From: an uncultured Planctomycetales bacterium
GTDB taxonomy: Bacteria > Omnitrophota > Gorgyraeia > Zapsychrales > Aceulaceae
NCBI GenBank assembly: GCA_964486675.1
Contig: CAZAOD010000004.1
Coordinates: 1 to 58,703, forward strand
Direction: 5' to 3'
DNA: 58,703 bases
Both the position numbers and the translations under genes were made by a program. Position 1 is the first letter of the stretch, and each line of letters opens with the position of its first letter. This document shows positions 9,648-18,983 of the stretch, in pieces. The notes beneath the pieces were generated by a model that was not told where the DNA came from, ran no database searches, and worked only from the letters and a program-made list of their open reading frames with translations.

Positions 9648-10553
9648 ATGAAATTGTTAGTTTCTGGAACTGTTGCGTTGGATAATGTTAAAACACCTTT
9701 GGGCGCCAAACGCTTAATGCTGGGAGGCTCAGCGTCCCATTTTTGTATGAGCGCATCGCTTTTAACCGATGTATGCGTGTCGGGGATCATCGGCAAGGAT
9801 TTCCCGCGGCAGCATCTAAGGTTGCTGGAGGATAAGGGGATAGACCTAAGATCATTGATACGCTCAGAGGGAAGAACGTTTTGCTGGAGCGGGGAGTATA
9901 AAGCGGGCGATCTAAATAGCGCGATCACACTAACAACAGAACTTGGGGTTCTGAAGGATTTTAAGCCTTGCGTTGCGTTTGTTCAGCGCCGTATTCCCTA
10001 TGTTTTCTTGGCCAACGACGACCCTTGTATTCAGGCTGAAGTGTTGCGGCAAATGGATCACCCTCAATTTGTTGGGATGGATAGCATGAATCTATGGATC
10101 ACGCATAAGCGAGGTGAATTGTTGCGCCTTATCCAGAAGGTCAATTTGTTTGTTGCCAATGATGGCGAAGCGCGTATGTTAACCGGTGAGACTAATCTGA
10201 TCAAGGCTGCTCAGTCGCTGCACCGTTTAGGGCCGACATTTGTCGTTATCAAGAAGGGGGAGCACGGTGTTTTGTTCTCTAGCGGCCGTTATTCGTTCGC
10301 ATTACCGGCTTTTCCGGTTGAGAAAGTTGTCGATCCAACAGGTGCAGGTGATACTTTTGCCGGAGGGTTAATGGGGTTTCTGGCCCGGCAGAGGAAAATA
10401 AATGAGGCAGTATTTCGCAAGGCTGTCTGCTATGCGACGGTCTTAGCGTCTTTTAACGTGCAAGGTTTTGGTGTCGCGCGGACAGCCGGCTTGACCATGA
10501 AAGATGTGCAAGACAGGCTAAAAGCATTTTTACGCTTTGCATCGCCTTGCTAA
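9648..10553 (+). CDS. PfkB-family carbohydrate/nucleoside kinase
   Basis: C-terminal DPTGAGDTFAGG signature and N-terminal GG motif (LGGSASH). Start at ATG 9648, 7 nt after GGAG; the track start is 9642. Confidence 0.75.
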   Translation: MKLLVSGTVALDNVKTPLGAKRLMLGGSASHFCMSASLLTDVCVSGIIGKDFPRQHLRLLEDKGIDLRSLIRSEGRTFCWSGEYKAGDLNSAITLTTELGVLKDFKPCVAFVQRRIPYVFLANDDPCIQAEVLRQMDHPQFVGMDSMNLWITHKRGELLRLIQKVNLFVANDGEARMLTGETNLIKAAQSLHRLGPTFVVIKKGEHGVLFSSGRYSFALPAFPVEKVVDPTGAGDTFAGGLMGFLARQRKINEAVFRKAVCYATVLASFNVQGFGVARTAGLTMKDVQDRLKAFLRFASPC

Positions 10554-10560
10554 GGGAATC

Positions 10561-11562
10561 ATGAAAACAAAAGAATTTAAGGAAAACCTAAAAATCGCTG
10601 CTGATCTGATCCGCAGGAGCCAGCATATTGTTTTAGCTTGTCATATGAATCCTGATGGCGACGCCATAGGATCGATGTTGGGCTTAGGGTTGGGTTTGCA
10701 AAAGATCAAAAAAAATATTACATTTCTTTGCCCCGACAAAATTCCGGCTCGTTATAGTTCGTTGCCGTCGACAGATCGTGTTCGTCAAACATATGATCAC
10801 GCGCATCCGGCGGATCTATCCATTAGCTTAGATTGCGCCAGCCTCAAGCAGCTTCCCGGCGTTGATAAGATCTTTAAAAGATCAGCGTATATCATTGAGA
10901 TCGATCACCATATTTATCGCGATCAGTTCGGTGATGTTCAGTTGGTTTCTGCTCGCACAGCCTCGGTAGGAGAGATCGTTTATGAGCTGTTAGCGGCATT
11001 GAATATCAAGATCGATCGAAAGGTCGCTGAGTGCCTTTTGACCTCGGCGATCGTTGAGACATCATCTTTTAGCCGAGCGGAGGTCAATGAAAAGACATTT
11101 GAGATCTGTGCAAAGCTTTTGGAGACAGGTGTCGACTTTAACAGTATATCTGAAAGGTACTATTGGCGTAAAAGTTTACCAGCGATGCTTTTAACAGGTT
11201 TGTCGTTTACGCGGATCAAGACCGCGTTAGGTGGAAAGGTTGTTTGGTCGATTTTGTACAGGGAAGATTTTTTGCGGCTCAAGGGTCGTCAAGAACATGT
11301 GGATCCTGTTGCGGATGACCTTTTAATGATCGCAGGGGCGCAAGTCGCGCTTTTTTTTCGAGAAGCAGAAAGCAATATGCTGCGCGTGAGCCTGCGCTCT
11401 AGAGGCGGGATCGATGTTGGTTTTTTAGCGACAACATATGGGGGCGGAGGGCACGACAGCGTTGCCAGCTGTCGTATCCACAAAACAAAGCAAGCTGTTG
11501 AGCGTTTGATCAAACAGGCTGGCGCCTTGTTGGCCAAAACTTCGGTTGTACATCATGAATGA
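10561..11562 (+). CDS. nrnA: DHH/DHHA1 phosphoesterase (NrnA-like oligoribonuclease/pAp phosphatase)
   Basis: HMNPDGDAIGS, IEIDHH and GGGGH motifs. Confidence 0.8.
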   Translation: MKTKEFKENLKIAADLIRRSQHIVLACHMNPDGDAIGSMLGLGLGLQKIKKNITFLCPDKIPARYSSLPSTDRVRQTYDHAHPADLSISLDCASLKQLPGVDKIFKRSAYIIEIDHHIYRDQFGDVQLVSARTASVGEIVYELLAALNIKIDRKVAECLLTSAIVETSSFSRAEVNEKTFEICAKLLETGVDFNSISERYYWRKSLPAMLLTGLSFTRIKTALGGKVVWSILYREDFLRLKGRQEHVDPVADDLLMIAGAQVALFFREAESNMLRVSLRSRGGIDVGFLATTYGGGGHDSVASCRIHKTKQAVERLIKQAGALLAKTSVVHHE

Positions 11563-11827
11563 GTTTTTGATCCAGATCTTGGGATTGTGCGCGGCGGTTG
11601 TTTTGCCTTTGTGGAATATTCCTTTGATTGTTCATATTATCAAAAGAAGATCATCAAAGGACATCAGCCTGTGGTGGGCCATCGGCGTTTGGATCTGTCT
11701 GATCATTATGGCGCCTTCTGGCATGATATCGAAAGACATCGTCTGGAAAGTTTTTTGTATTATTAATCTTATTTTGTTTTCCGGTGTCGTGGTGACAACG
11801 CTGATTTATCGCAAGGACAGACAATGA
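11555..11827 (+). CDS. 3-TM PQ-loop-like small membrane protein (SemiSWEET / LAB_N-like)
   Basis: About 90 aa with three hydrophobic helices. After TM1, NIPLIVHIIKRRSSKDISL resembles the PQ-loop motif (PQxxKxxxxKSxxGxS) with PQ replaced by PL. Overlaps both neighbours. Confidence 0.4.
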   Translation: MNEFLIQILGLCAAVVLPLWNIPLIVHIIKRRSSKDISLWWAIGVWICLIIMAPSGMISKDIVWKVFCIINLILFSGVVVTTLIYRKDRQ

Positions 11828-12744
11828 CACGAACACATCTTCAAGATTTTCGCAGCGGCTTCGTTTCCATCATTGGCCGGCCGAATGTCGGAAAGTCAAC
11901 GCTTTTAAATGCGATCGTTGGACAGAAGATTGCGATCGTTTCCAAGATCCCTCAGACTACACGCAATCAGATTCGCGGGATTTACAATAGTAGCCAAGGG
12001 CAGGTCGTTTTTATCGATACGCCAGGTCTTGTGAGAGGTAAAGATAAGCTGGACGAGCTTATGAAGCAATCATCGTTTGGCACGATCGAAGATGTAGATT
12101 GCGTGATCCACCTTGTTGATGCGAACAAGGCGTTAGGCGAAGAAGAGCAGATGATCATTGATAAGATCAAGAACAGCAGAAAGCCTTTGATCTTAGGACT
12201 TAACAAGATCGACCTAAAAGGGATCTGTGTTCCTGAGTATATTGAATATTATCAGGAGCAATTAGCCGATAAGTTCAATGATCCTAAGAAATTCATACTG
12301 CTTCCTTTATCCGGTGCTCGAGCGACAAACATTGAGAAGTTAATTGAACTTATATTTGAGCGATTACCTACGGGCCCGGCGCTGTACCCTCAGGACGCGG
12401 TCTCGGATGTTCCAGAAAAAAATATGATCGCGGATATTGTCCGCGAAAAATTTTTACAGCTGATGCGCGATGAGATCCCTTATTCTTTAGGGGTACAGGT
12501 CGATCAAATACAGCGTCGACGGAACAAGCTCACCTATGTCGCGATCAAGGTTCTTGTCGAACACAGCTCCCAGAAAGAGATCGTCATCGGCAAAAAAGGT
12601 CATATTCTAAAGGATGTGGGCGTCGCCGCGCGACAAGAGATTGAATCCCTGCTGGACCGTCGTATTTTCCTTGAGATCCACGTTAAGGTCAAAGAAAAAT
12701 GGCGGGATAATATTTCTATTCTTAAAGATCTAGGTTATGTTTAG
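11824..12744 (+). CDS. era: GTPase Era
   Basis: G1 GRPNVGKST, G3 DTPG, G4 NKID, C-terminal KH domain (KGHILKDVG). Confidence 0.92.
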   Translation: MTRTHLQDFRSGFVSIIGRPNVGKSTLLNAIVGQKIAIVSKIPQTTRNQIRGIYNSSQGQVVFIDTPGLVRGKDKLDELMKQSSFGTIEDVDCVIHLVDANKALGEEEQMIIDKIKNSRKPLILGLNKIDLKGICVPEYIEYYQEQLADKFNDPKKFILLPLSGARATNIEKLIELIFERLPTGPALYPQDAVSDVPEKNMIADIVREKFLQLMRDEIPYSLGVQVDQIQRRRNKLTYVAIKVLVEHSSQKEIVIGKKGHILKDVGVAARQEIESLLDRRIFLEIHVKVKEKWRDNISILKDLGYV

Positions 12745-13441
12745 GGCTTATACTGCGTGCCAGGCTCAGCGTTTGGACGCATACACTATCCGTCGACTGG
12801 GTATTCCTTCTTGCGTGTTGATGGAAAACGCTGGATATCGGGCGTCACGGGAGATAATAAAGGTTTTAGCGCGTGTCCAGGATCCGTTTGTGTGCGTTGT
12901 TTGTGGCAGCGGTAACAATGGCGGGGATGGTTTTGTTGCGGCGCGACATATTTTTGATCAGGGCATCTCAACAAAAGTTTTCCTTGTTGGAAAAATAAGC
13001 AAGCTTAAGAAAGACCCCGAGATCAATTATCGTGTTCTCAAAAAGATCAAGTGTCCGCTAAAGGTTGTCCACGGCTTAACACCAGAGATCCTTAAAGACT
13101 TGCAGAGAGCTTCCCTTATCGTTGACGCGATTTTTGGCATTGGCCTGACCCGACCTGTGCAAGAACCTTTAAAGTCGGTCATTGACGCGATCAATCGGTC
13201 AAAGAAAAAAGTTCTTGCCTTGGATGTTCCGTCGGGTCTTGATGCGACCACAGGAGAAGTTTTCGGGGCTTGTGTCAAAGCATCGCAAACGATCACCTTC
13301 GCTGTCATGAAAAAAGGACTGCTAAAAAATGATGGGCCTGCGCACGCGGGCAAAATTACCATCGTAGATATTGGTATCCCAAGAGTTATAGAAAAGAAAG
13401 TAAGCAATTCTCACATTTCAAGATCTCGCAAAGGATCTTAA
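12737..13441 (+). CDS. nnrE: NAD(P)H-hydrate epimerase (YjeF N-terminal domain)
   Basis: GSGNNGGDGF and DAIFGIGL...LDVPSGLD blocks. Confidence 0.85.
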   Translation: MFRAYTACQAQRLDAYTIRRLGIPSCVLMENAGYRASREIIKVLARVQDPFVCVVCGSGNNGGDGFVAARHIFDQGISTKVFLVGKISKLKKDPEINYRVLKKIKCPLKVVHGLTPEILKDLQRASLIVDAIFGIGLTRPVQEPLKSVIDAINRSKKKVLALDVPSGLDATTGEVFGACVKASQTITFAVMKKGLLKNDGPAHAGKITIVDIGIPRVIEKKVSNSHISRSRKGS

Positions 13442-13445
13442 AGCC

Positions 13446-14114
13446 GTGCTATCTTACCTCGACAACGATCGCATCACTCAAGTGATTAATATTTTGCGTA
13501 AAGAAGCTCGGCGGTTTGACGATCCTTCTGTCACAATGGTCAGCAAGCGTTGGCACGACCCGTTTCTTGTTCTCATCTCTTGCATGTTGAGCCAACGCAC
13601 GAAAGATACGACGACCATTCCAGCTTCCGAAAGGCTTTTTTCTCTCGCACAGCGACCACAAGAAATGCTTAAGCTGAGTGTCCAGCAGATTGAGAAAACG
13701 GTTTTTCCTGTTGGGTTTTATCGAACGAAAGCCAAAAATATTAAACATGTCTGCCGAGTCCTTATTGATAAGTTTCAGGGGAAGGTTCCAGGAGACATCG
13801 AAACACTTTTAACGCTGCGAGGTGTTGGGCGTAAAACAGCAAATCTTGTTCTCACAGAAGGATTTGGCAAACTAGGGATTTGCGTGGATACGCACGTGCA
13901 TCGCATCTCGAACCGCTTAGGGTATGTTTGTACAAAAACACCGGAAGAAACAGAAATGGCTTTGCGCAGAAAGCTTCCTAAGAAATTTTGGATCGAATAT
14001 AACGCCCTTTTGGTCGTTTGGGGTCAAAACACCTGCAAACCCGTGTCACCTCTGTGTTCACAGTGCCGCATTCGTCTTTTGTGTCCGCGTAAAAACGTGA
14101 GATCCTCCCGATAA
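13446..14114 (+). CDS. nth: endonuclease III (HhH-GPD DNA glycosylase/AP lyase)
   Basis: LRGVGRKTANLVL hairpin-helix. Catalytic-region DTHVHR. 4Fe-4S cluster C-x6-C-x2-C-x5-C (CKPVSPLCSQCRIRLLC). GTG start. Confidence 0.9.
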   Translation: MLSYLDNDRITQVINILRKEARRFDDPSVTMVSKRWHDPFLVLISCMLSQRTKDTTTIPASERLFSLAQRPQEMLKLSVQQIEKTVFPVGFYRTKAKNIKHVCRVLIDKFQGKVPGDIETLLTLRGVGRKTANLVLTEGFGKLGICVDTHVHRISNRLGYVCTKTPEETEMALRRKLPKKFWIEYNALLVVWGQNTCKPVSPLCSQCRIRLLCPRKNVRSSR

Positions 14115-14191
14115 AGTGGCTAAAATGATATGTAAATTCTTTTTATACTTATATTAATTTGAATATTTCTTAATATCTTTATGAAAAATGA

Positions 14192-14220
14192 TTGACATTG
14201 AATTTTATGTGTGTTAAAAA
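14192..14220 (+). promoter_or_regulatory. candidate promoter inside an approximately 80% AT island
   Basis: TTGACA (14192-14197), N17, TGtTAAAAA (hexamer 14215-14220). Would start a roughly 130-nt leader ending at the terminator at 14321-14357. Confidence 0.3.
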
Positions 14221-14306
14221 AAATGTAGCAAAAATAATTTTTTTAATATATATTTAAAAAAATTAAAATATATTTAATCAAAGATCTCAGGAGAACGAAT
14301 AAATCA

Positions 14307-14366
14307 ATGAAAATTCACAAGGAGGCTATAGACAAGGACTATAGTCTCCTTTTTTTTGCCCTATGA
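14307..14366 (+). CDS. candidate 19-codon leader peptide/uORF (MKIHKEAIDKDYSLLFFAL)
   Basis: AGGAGA 12 nt upstream of the ATG. The stop TGA (14364-14366) overlaps the ATG (14363-14365) of the downstream gene as ATGA, and that gene has no SD of its own. The uORF spans the terminator hairpin. Confidence 0.35.
   Translation: MKIHKEAIDKDYSLLFFAL
14321..14357 (+). terminator. intrinsic terminator/attenuator hairpin immediately upstream of the ATP-grasp gene
   Basis: GGAGGCTATAG / CTATAGTCTCC: 11-bp stem with one G-U pair, 7-nt loop, followed by T8. It ends 5 nt before the ATG at 14363. Confidence 0.75.
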
Positions 14367-15373
14367 GTTTAACCATTGGCCTGACATATGACTTAAAAGA
14401 AAGTCGTCCGATTCAGCCCGGCGAGCCGGCGGACATCAACGCCGAATTTGATTCGCAAGAAACGGTGCAGGATCTCAAGAAGATCTTTGAATCGGCTGGA
14501 TATAAAGTTAAATTGATCGGCAACGCGCATCAACTTCTTGAAAAGATCAAGGATCTGGATGTGGACGTTGTTTTTAATATTGCAGAAGGTTCTTTCGGCC
14601 GCAGCCGTGAATCGCAGGTCCCTTTACTGCTTGAGATGCACAAGATCCCTTTTATCGGCGCTGACGCGTTGACATTAGGCATAACGCTGGATAAGGCTTT
14701 GGCTAAAAAATGTTTTATCGCGGACAAGATCCCGACAGCAAGATATTTTTTAGCAACAACAACGGAAGATCTTCAGGGTCAAAACCATATTGGCTTTCCG
14801 CTAATGGTTAAACCTTGCTGTGAAGGAACATCCAAAGGGATCAGCTCATTGTCACGTGTTGAAGATGATGAAGGATTGGCGCGGCAAGTAAAGCTTGTTG
14901 TTGAAGGCTATCATCAGCCGGCCTTAGTTGAGGAATTTATCAAGGGGGCTGAATTTACGGTCGTTGTTTTTGGCAATGAGCGGCCTGAGGCGATGCCGGT
15001 CATCCAGTATGCGATCAACGGCAAGACCGATCTTGGCAATGCATTTTATACATTTGAAAATGTACGCAAAGAAGACGTGAAATATATCTGTCCGGCAAAA
15101 ATATCAGAGGATTTAAAGAAAAGATTGCAGCGTATCGCCATTGAGGCTTACTTGTCTGTCCAATGCCGCGATTTCGGCCGTGTAGATTTTCGTGTGGATG
15201 AAAAAGGGAACCCTTTTGTTCTGGAGATCAATCCGTTGCCAAACTTATCAAAAAAAGACACATTTTTTTATACTGCTCAAGCACTCAACCGTCCTTTTGA
15301 GGAGTTGGTCCTCAGGGCGTTAGAAGAAGGATTGTACAGGCTAAACCTTAAGGTGAAGGAGGCAGGAGTCTAA
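14363..15373 (+). CDS. D-alanine--D-alanine ligase-family ATP-grasp ligase (substrates unknown)
   Basis: Ddl-like layout: N-terminal IGLTYD, GEDG-equivalent region, ATP-grasp blocks MVKPCCEGTSKGI, EEFIKGAEFTV, RVDFRVDEKGNPFVLEINPLPN. Confidence 0.8.
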   Translation: MSLTIGLTYDLKESRPIQPGEPADINAEFDSQETVQDLKKIFESAGYKVKLIGNAHQLLEKIKDLDVDVVFNIAEGSFGRSRESQVPLLLEMHKIPFIGADALTLGITLDKALAKKCFIADKIPTARYFLATTTEDLQGQNHIGFPLMVKPCCEGTSKGISSLSRVEDDEGLARQVKLVVEGYHQPALVEEFIKGAEFTVVVFGNERPEAMPVIQYAINGKTDLGNAFYTFENVRKEDVKYICPAKISEDLKKRLQRIAIEAYLSVQCRDFGRVDFRVDEKGNPFVLEINPLPNLSKKDTFFYTAQALNRPFEELVLRALEEGLYRLNLKVKEAGV

Positions 15374-15374
15374 C

Positions 15375-16556
15375 ATGAATCCCATTGAGCAGGCTGCAGG
15401 AAGCGCCCAGGAAAAAATAGCGGTCATTAAACCAAATCTTTCCTCTAAAGAAAATCGCTTTATCAATTTTTTTGAGAACGCCACGCCTATGGATTGGGAA
15501 GACTGGACATGGCAGGCACGTAATCGTATTAACACCAAAGAAGCCTTGTCGCAGATCATGAGCTTGACCGAAGAGGAGACCCGAGGCATTGATCGTTGCG
15601 GAGAAAAGTTGCAAATGGCCATTCCTCCATATTTTGCCAGCCTGATCGATCCAGAGGATCCAAGCTGTCCTATACGCCGTCAATGCATCCCTTTAGAAAA
15701 TGAGCTGATCCGCTCTCCTCATGAGCTTGAGGATCCTTGCGGAGAGGATGCCAATATGCCGGTTTATGGCCTGGTGCATCGCTATCCTGATCGTGTTCTG
15801 TTTCTCGCGAGTGAGATGTGCGCCATGTATTGCCGTCATTGTACGCGCTCGCGCATGTTCTCAAAAGGGCGCGCGAAACCCAAGGCGTCCAGCTATGAGG
15901 CTGTTTATGAATATATTCGTTCCAACAAGAAGATCCGCGATGTATTGATCTCCGGTGGGGATCCTTTGATGCTTGGGGACCATATTCTCGAGGGGATCAT
16001 TAAGAACTTAAAGGCGATTCCGCACGTGGAAATGGTGCGTATTGGGACGCGCGTTCCGGTCACGCTCCCGCAACGTATCACCACGGAATTCGTGAACATG
16101 CTAAAGAAATACAGTCCAATATGGATGAGCATTCATTTTAATCATCCTAAAGAGATCACAAAGCGTGTTCGTTTTGCCTGTGAGCTTTTAGCTGATAATG
16201 GTATCCTGCTGGGAAGCCAAACAGTTCTTCTTAAAGGCATCAACGATAAGCCGTATGTCATGAAAAAATTGATGCACGAACTTTTGAAGATCCGGGTCCG
16301 TCCGTATTATATTTACCAATGCGATCCGATCGTTGGGTCGTCTCATTTTCGCACGCCTTTGTCTGTTGGCCTCAATATCATTGAGAAATTAAGAGGACAC
16401 ACGTCGGGATATGCTGTGCCGACCTTTGTGGTGGATGCTCCAGGTGGTGGGGGCAAGATCCCGATCGAACCCAATGTTGTCGTCTCTCAGCAGAACGGAT
16501 CCTATGTCCTCAAGAACTATGCCGGCAAAGAATTCGCGCATTACGATCCTGCCTGA
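15375..16556 (+). CDS. kamA: KamA-family radical SAM lysine 2,3-aminomutase
   Basis: CAMYCRHCTR (CxxxCxxC), GGDPL, PLP-lysine region and YIYQCD block. 1 bp after the ATP-grasp stop. Confidence 0.85.
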   Translation: MNPIEQAAGSAQEKIAVIKPNLSSKENRFINFFENATPMDWEDWTWQARNRINTKEALSQIMSLTEEETRGIDRCGEKLQMAIPPYFASLIDPEDPSCPIRRQCIPLENELIRSPHELEDPCGEDANMPVYGLVHRYPDRVLFLASEMCAMYCRHCTRSRMFSKGRAKPKASSYEAVYEYIRSNKKIRDVLISGGDPLMLGDHILEGIIKNLKAIPHVEMVRIGTRVPVTLPQRITTEFVNMLKKYSPIWMSIHFNHPKEITKRVRFACELLADNGILLGSQTVLLKGINDKPYVMKKLMHELLKIRVRPYYIYQCDPIVGSSHFRTPLSVGLNIIEKLRGHTSGYAVPTFVVDAPGGGGKIPIEPNVVVSQQNGSYVLKNYAGKEFAHYDPA

Positions 16557-16585
16557 TCCCTGATCCATGACCGCACAACGAAGCG

Positions 16586-16614
16586 TTGACTATTTGTAAG
16601 CGCTATGATATTAT
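16586..16614 (+). promoter_or_regulatory. candidate sigma70 promoter for rpsU
   Basis: TTGACT (16586-16591), N17, TATTAT (16609-16614). Confidence 0.45.
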
Positions 16615-16683
16615 TGGCGCTTACTAAGGTTTTTATTAACAAAGTCATTCATTCCAGCCGACCGAGAAAGAGGTGAGTTCATT

Positions 16684-16851
16684 ATGGCGGAAGTTAAGGT
16701 AACCGATAGCTTTGAAAAAGCTCTCAAGGTTTTTAAACGCCAGTGCCAGCGAGAAGGTTTCTTGATGCAAATCAAAGAAAAGCGTTATTACTCCAAACCT
16801 TCGGAAATTAAACGACGTAAAAAGTCGCGCGGTAAACAGTTCTCAGGTTAA
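16684..16851 (+). CDS. rpsU: 30S ribosomal protein S21
   Basis: 55-aa ORF, below the track cutoff: MAEVKVTDSFEKALKVFKRQCQREGFLMQIKEKRYYSKPSEIKRRKKSRGKQFSG. This is the classic S21 sequence. AAGAGGTGA RBS. Confidence 0.9.
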   Translation: MAEVKVTDSFEKALKVFKRQCQREGFLMQIKEKRYYSKPSEIKRRKKSRGKQFSG

Positions 16852-16901
16852 TAAGCCGTTCATCCTCAACGTTCATTCTTCCTTTTATTAAAGGATCATG
16901 T

Positions 16902-17435
16902 ATGGGTGGCTCCAAACGTATCGCTATTTTGGTCGAAGATCTTTATCAGGTCTTAGAGGTTTGGTATCCTTTTTATCGATTGCGCGAGGAGGGGTTTGAC
17001 GTTGTCATTATTGGGACAGGGACAAAAAGGCAATATGGCAGCAAGGAAGGTTATCCTGTGGATGTTCACGCCTCGATCGATCAAGTTGTCGCGACGGATT
17101 TTGACGCGGTGATTATTCCCGGAGGATGGGCTCCTGATATCATGAGGCGTTATGAAAAAATGGTGATTTTTGTCCGCGACCTTTATCGACAAGGAAAGAT
17201 CGTTGCCTCGATCTGTCATGGCGGATGGATGCTTGTTTCTGCCGGCATTTTAAAAGGAAAGAAGGCGACAAGTTTTTACGCGATCAAGGATGATCTGATC
17301 GCGGCTGGCGCATATTTTGAGGACAAGGAAGTCGTGGTTGATAACAATCTTATCACCTCGCGTAAGCCTGATGACTTGCCGCGATTCGTTCAAGAGATTA
17401 TCCAACAACTTAAAGGGCCATATGTTAAAAGTTAA
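16902..17435 (+). CDS. DJ-1/PfpI family protein (class I glutamine amidotransferase-like)
   Basis: IPGGWAP and the nucleophile elbow ASICHGGWML. Confidence 0.85.
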   Translation: MGGSKRIAILVEDLYQVLEVWYPFYRLREEGFDVVIIGTGTKRQYGSKEGYPVDVHASIDQVVATDFDAVIIPGGWAPDIMRRYEKMVIFVRDLYRQGKIVASICHGGWMLVSAGILKGKKATSFYAIKDDLIAAGAYFEDKEVVVDNNLITSRKPDDLPRFVQEIIQQLKGPYVKS

Positions 17436-18978
17436 GCGTGCTTTGATCAGTGTTTCAGATAAAGCAGGTTTGGTGGAGTTTGCTAAGGGGTTGCGATCGT
17501 TAGGCGTTGAGATCTTGTCTACGGGTGGGACTGCTAAGTTGTTGCGCAGCGCGCATCTGGATGTCCAAGAGGTTTCGGATTACACAGGATTTCCTGAAAT
17601 GCTTGATGGACGGGTGAAAACTTTGCACCCATCTATTCATGGCGGCCTTTTAGCTGTTCGCGATAATCCCCAACACATGAAGCAGGTGGCCGATCAGCGT
17701 ATTGGCCTGATCGATATGGTTGTCATCAATCTTTACCCATTCGAGAAGGTTAGCCAGAAGCCAACCGTCCATCTGGATGAGGCGATCGAGAATATCGATA
17801 TTGGCGGCCCTGCGATGTTGCGTTCCGCTTCTAAGAATTTTAAGCATGTCGCGGTTGTTTGCAATCCTGAAAGATATAAAATGATCCTGCAGGAGCTGAA
17901 CAATAACAGCGGGATCCTATCCGACCGCTTGCTTTTTACCCTTGCCGTTGAAGCTTTTGAACATACAGCCCGTTATGATAGCATTATCCATCATTTTCTT
18001 GATCAACGTTTGCAAGGGGCTGATCTATCGTCTTTGCCAAAAAGCCTTGCATTGCATTTTACGAAAGCGCAGGACTTACGCTATGGGGAGAACCCTCATC
18101 AGCCGGCTGCCTTTTATAGGGATGCCGGAGCTCCAACAGGTTTGGCAAAAATGAAGCAGCTCCACGGCAAAGAGTTGTCGTATAACAATATCCTTGATCT
18201 AAATAGCGCTGTTATGGCGATCAAGGATTTCTCGAATCCTGCTGCTGTTGTGATCAAACATAATAATCCTGCCGGTCTCGCTGAGGACAAAAGCCTGGCC
18301 AAGGCTTATCGAGCCGCGTTCGCCTGTGATCCTCTTTCTGCTTTTGGCGGCATTGTTGGGCTGAATCGTTGTGTTGATCTTGCGACCGCAAGATTGATAT
18401 CAAAAAGCGGTTTCATGGAATGCGTGATCGCTCCAGGGTTTGCCGCTGATGCTTTGAAATTGCTGAAAGAAAAAAAGAATGTGCGCGTGATCGAGCTTGA
18501 TTTTAGCGATCTGAAAGCGAATGATTTTGATTTTAAAAAAGTAAAGGGTGGATTACTTTTTCAGAGAGAAGATGATGTTCAGCTTAGCGCCTTAGACGTC
18601 AAGGTTGTTTCCAAAACAAAGCCGACAAAAGCGCAGATGATATCTTTGTTGTTCGCCTGGAAAGTCGTTAAGATCGTCAAGTCCAACGCTATTGTCCTTG
18701 CCAAGGGGTGCCGTGTCGTTGGTATCGGAGCTGGTCAGACGAGCAGGGTGGGAAGCGTGGAGATCGCGATCAAGAAAGCCGGCAAAAATGCGCGTGGCGC
18801 TGTTTTGGCATCAGACGCATTCTTTCCGAAGGTCGACAATATTCAGCTCGCTGCCAAGGCTGGCATTAAAGCGATCATTCACAGCGGTGGATCTATCGCT
18901 GATGAAGAGGTGATCCGTGAAGCTGATCGCAAAAAGCTTGTGCTGATCGCAACAGGCGTTCGTCATTTCAAGCACTGA
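17422..18978 (+). CDS. purH: bifunctional AICAR transformylase / IMP cyclohydrolase
   Basis: MLKVKRALISVSDKAGL...STGGTAKLL, RVKTLHP.IHGG, C-terminal GVRHFKH. Start at 17422, not the track start at 17317. Confidence 0.92.
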   Translation: MLKVKRALISVSDKAGLVEFAKGLRSLGVEILSTGGTAKLLRSAHLDVQEVSDYTGFPEMLDGRVKTLHPSIHGGLLAVRDNPQHMKQVADQRIGLIDMVVINLYPFEKVSQKPTVHLDEAIENIDIGGPAMLRSASKNFKHVAVVCNPERYKMILQELNNNSGILSDRLLFTLAVEAFEHTARYDSIIHHFLDQRLQGADLSSLPKSLALHFTKAQDLRYGENPHQPAAFYRDAGAPTGLAKMKQLHGKELSYNNILDLNSAVMAIKDFSNPAAVVIKHNNPAGLAEDKSLAKAYRAAFACDPLSAFGGIVGLNRCVDLATARLISKSGFMECVIAPGFAADALKLLKEKKNVRVIELDFSDLKANDFDFKKVKGGLLFQREDDVQLSALDVKVVSKTKPTKAQMISLLFAWKVVKIVKSNAIVLAKGCRVVGIGAGQTSRVGSVEIAIKKAGKNARGAVLASDAFFPKVDNIQLAAKAGIKAIIHSGGSIADEEVIREADRKKLVLIATGVRHFKH

Positions 18979-18983
18979 TCTTC

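Noticed and set aside
14115-14362. Lysine (L-box) riboswitch upstream of kamA
   Set aside because: The leader is about 80% AT and only about 130 nt long from the best promoter candidate. I could not find the GC-rich conserved L-box helices. A leader peptide/terminator arrangement fits better.
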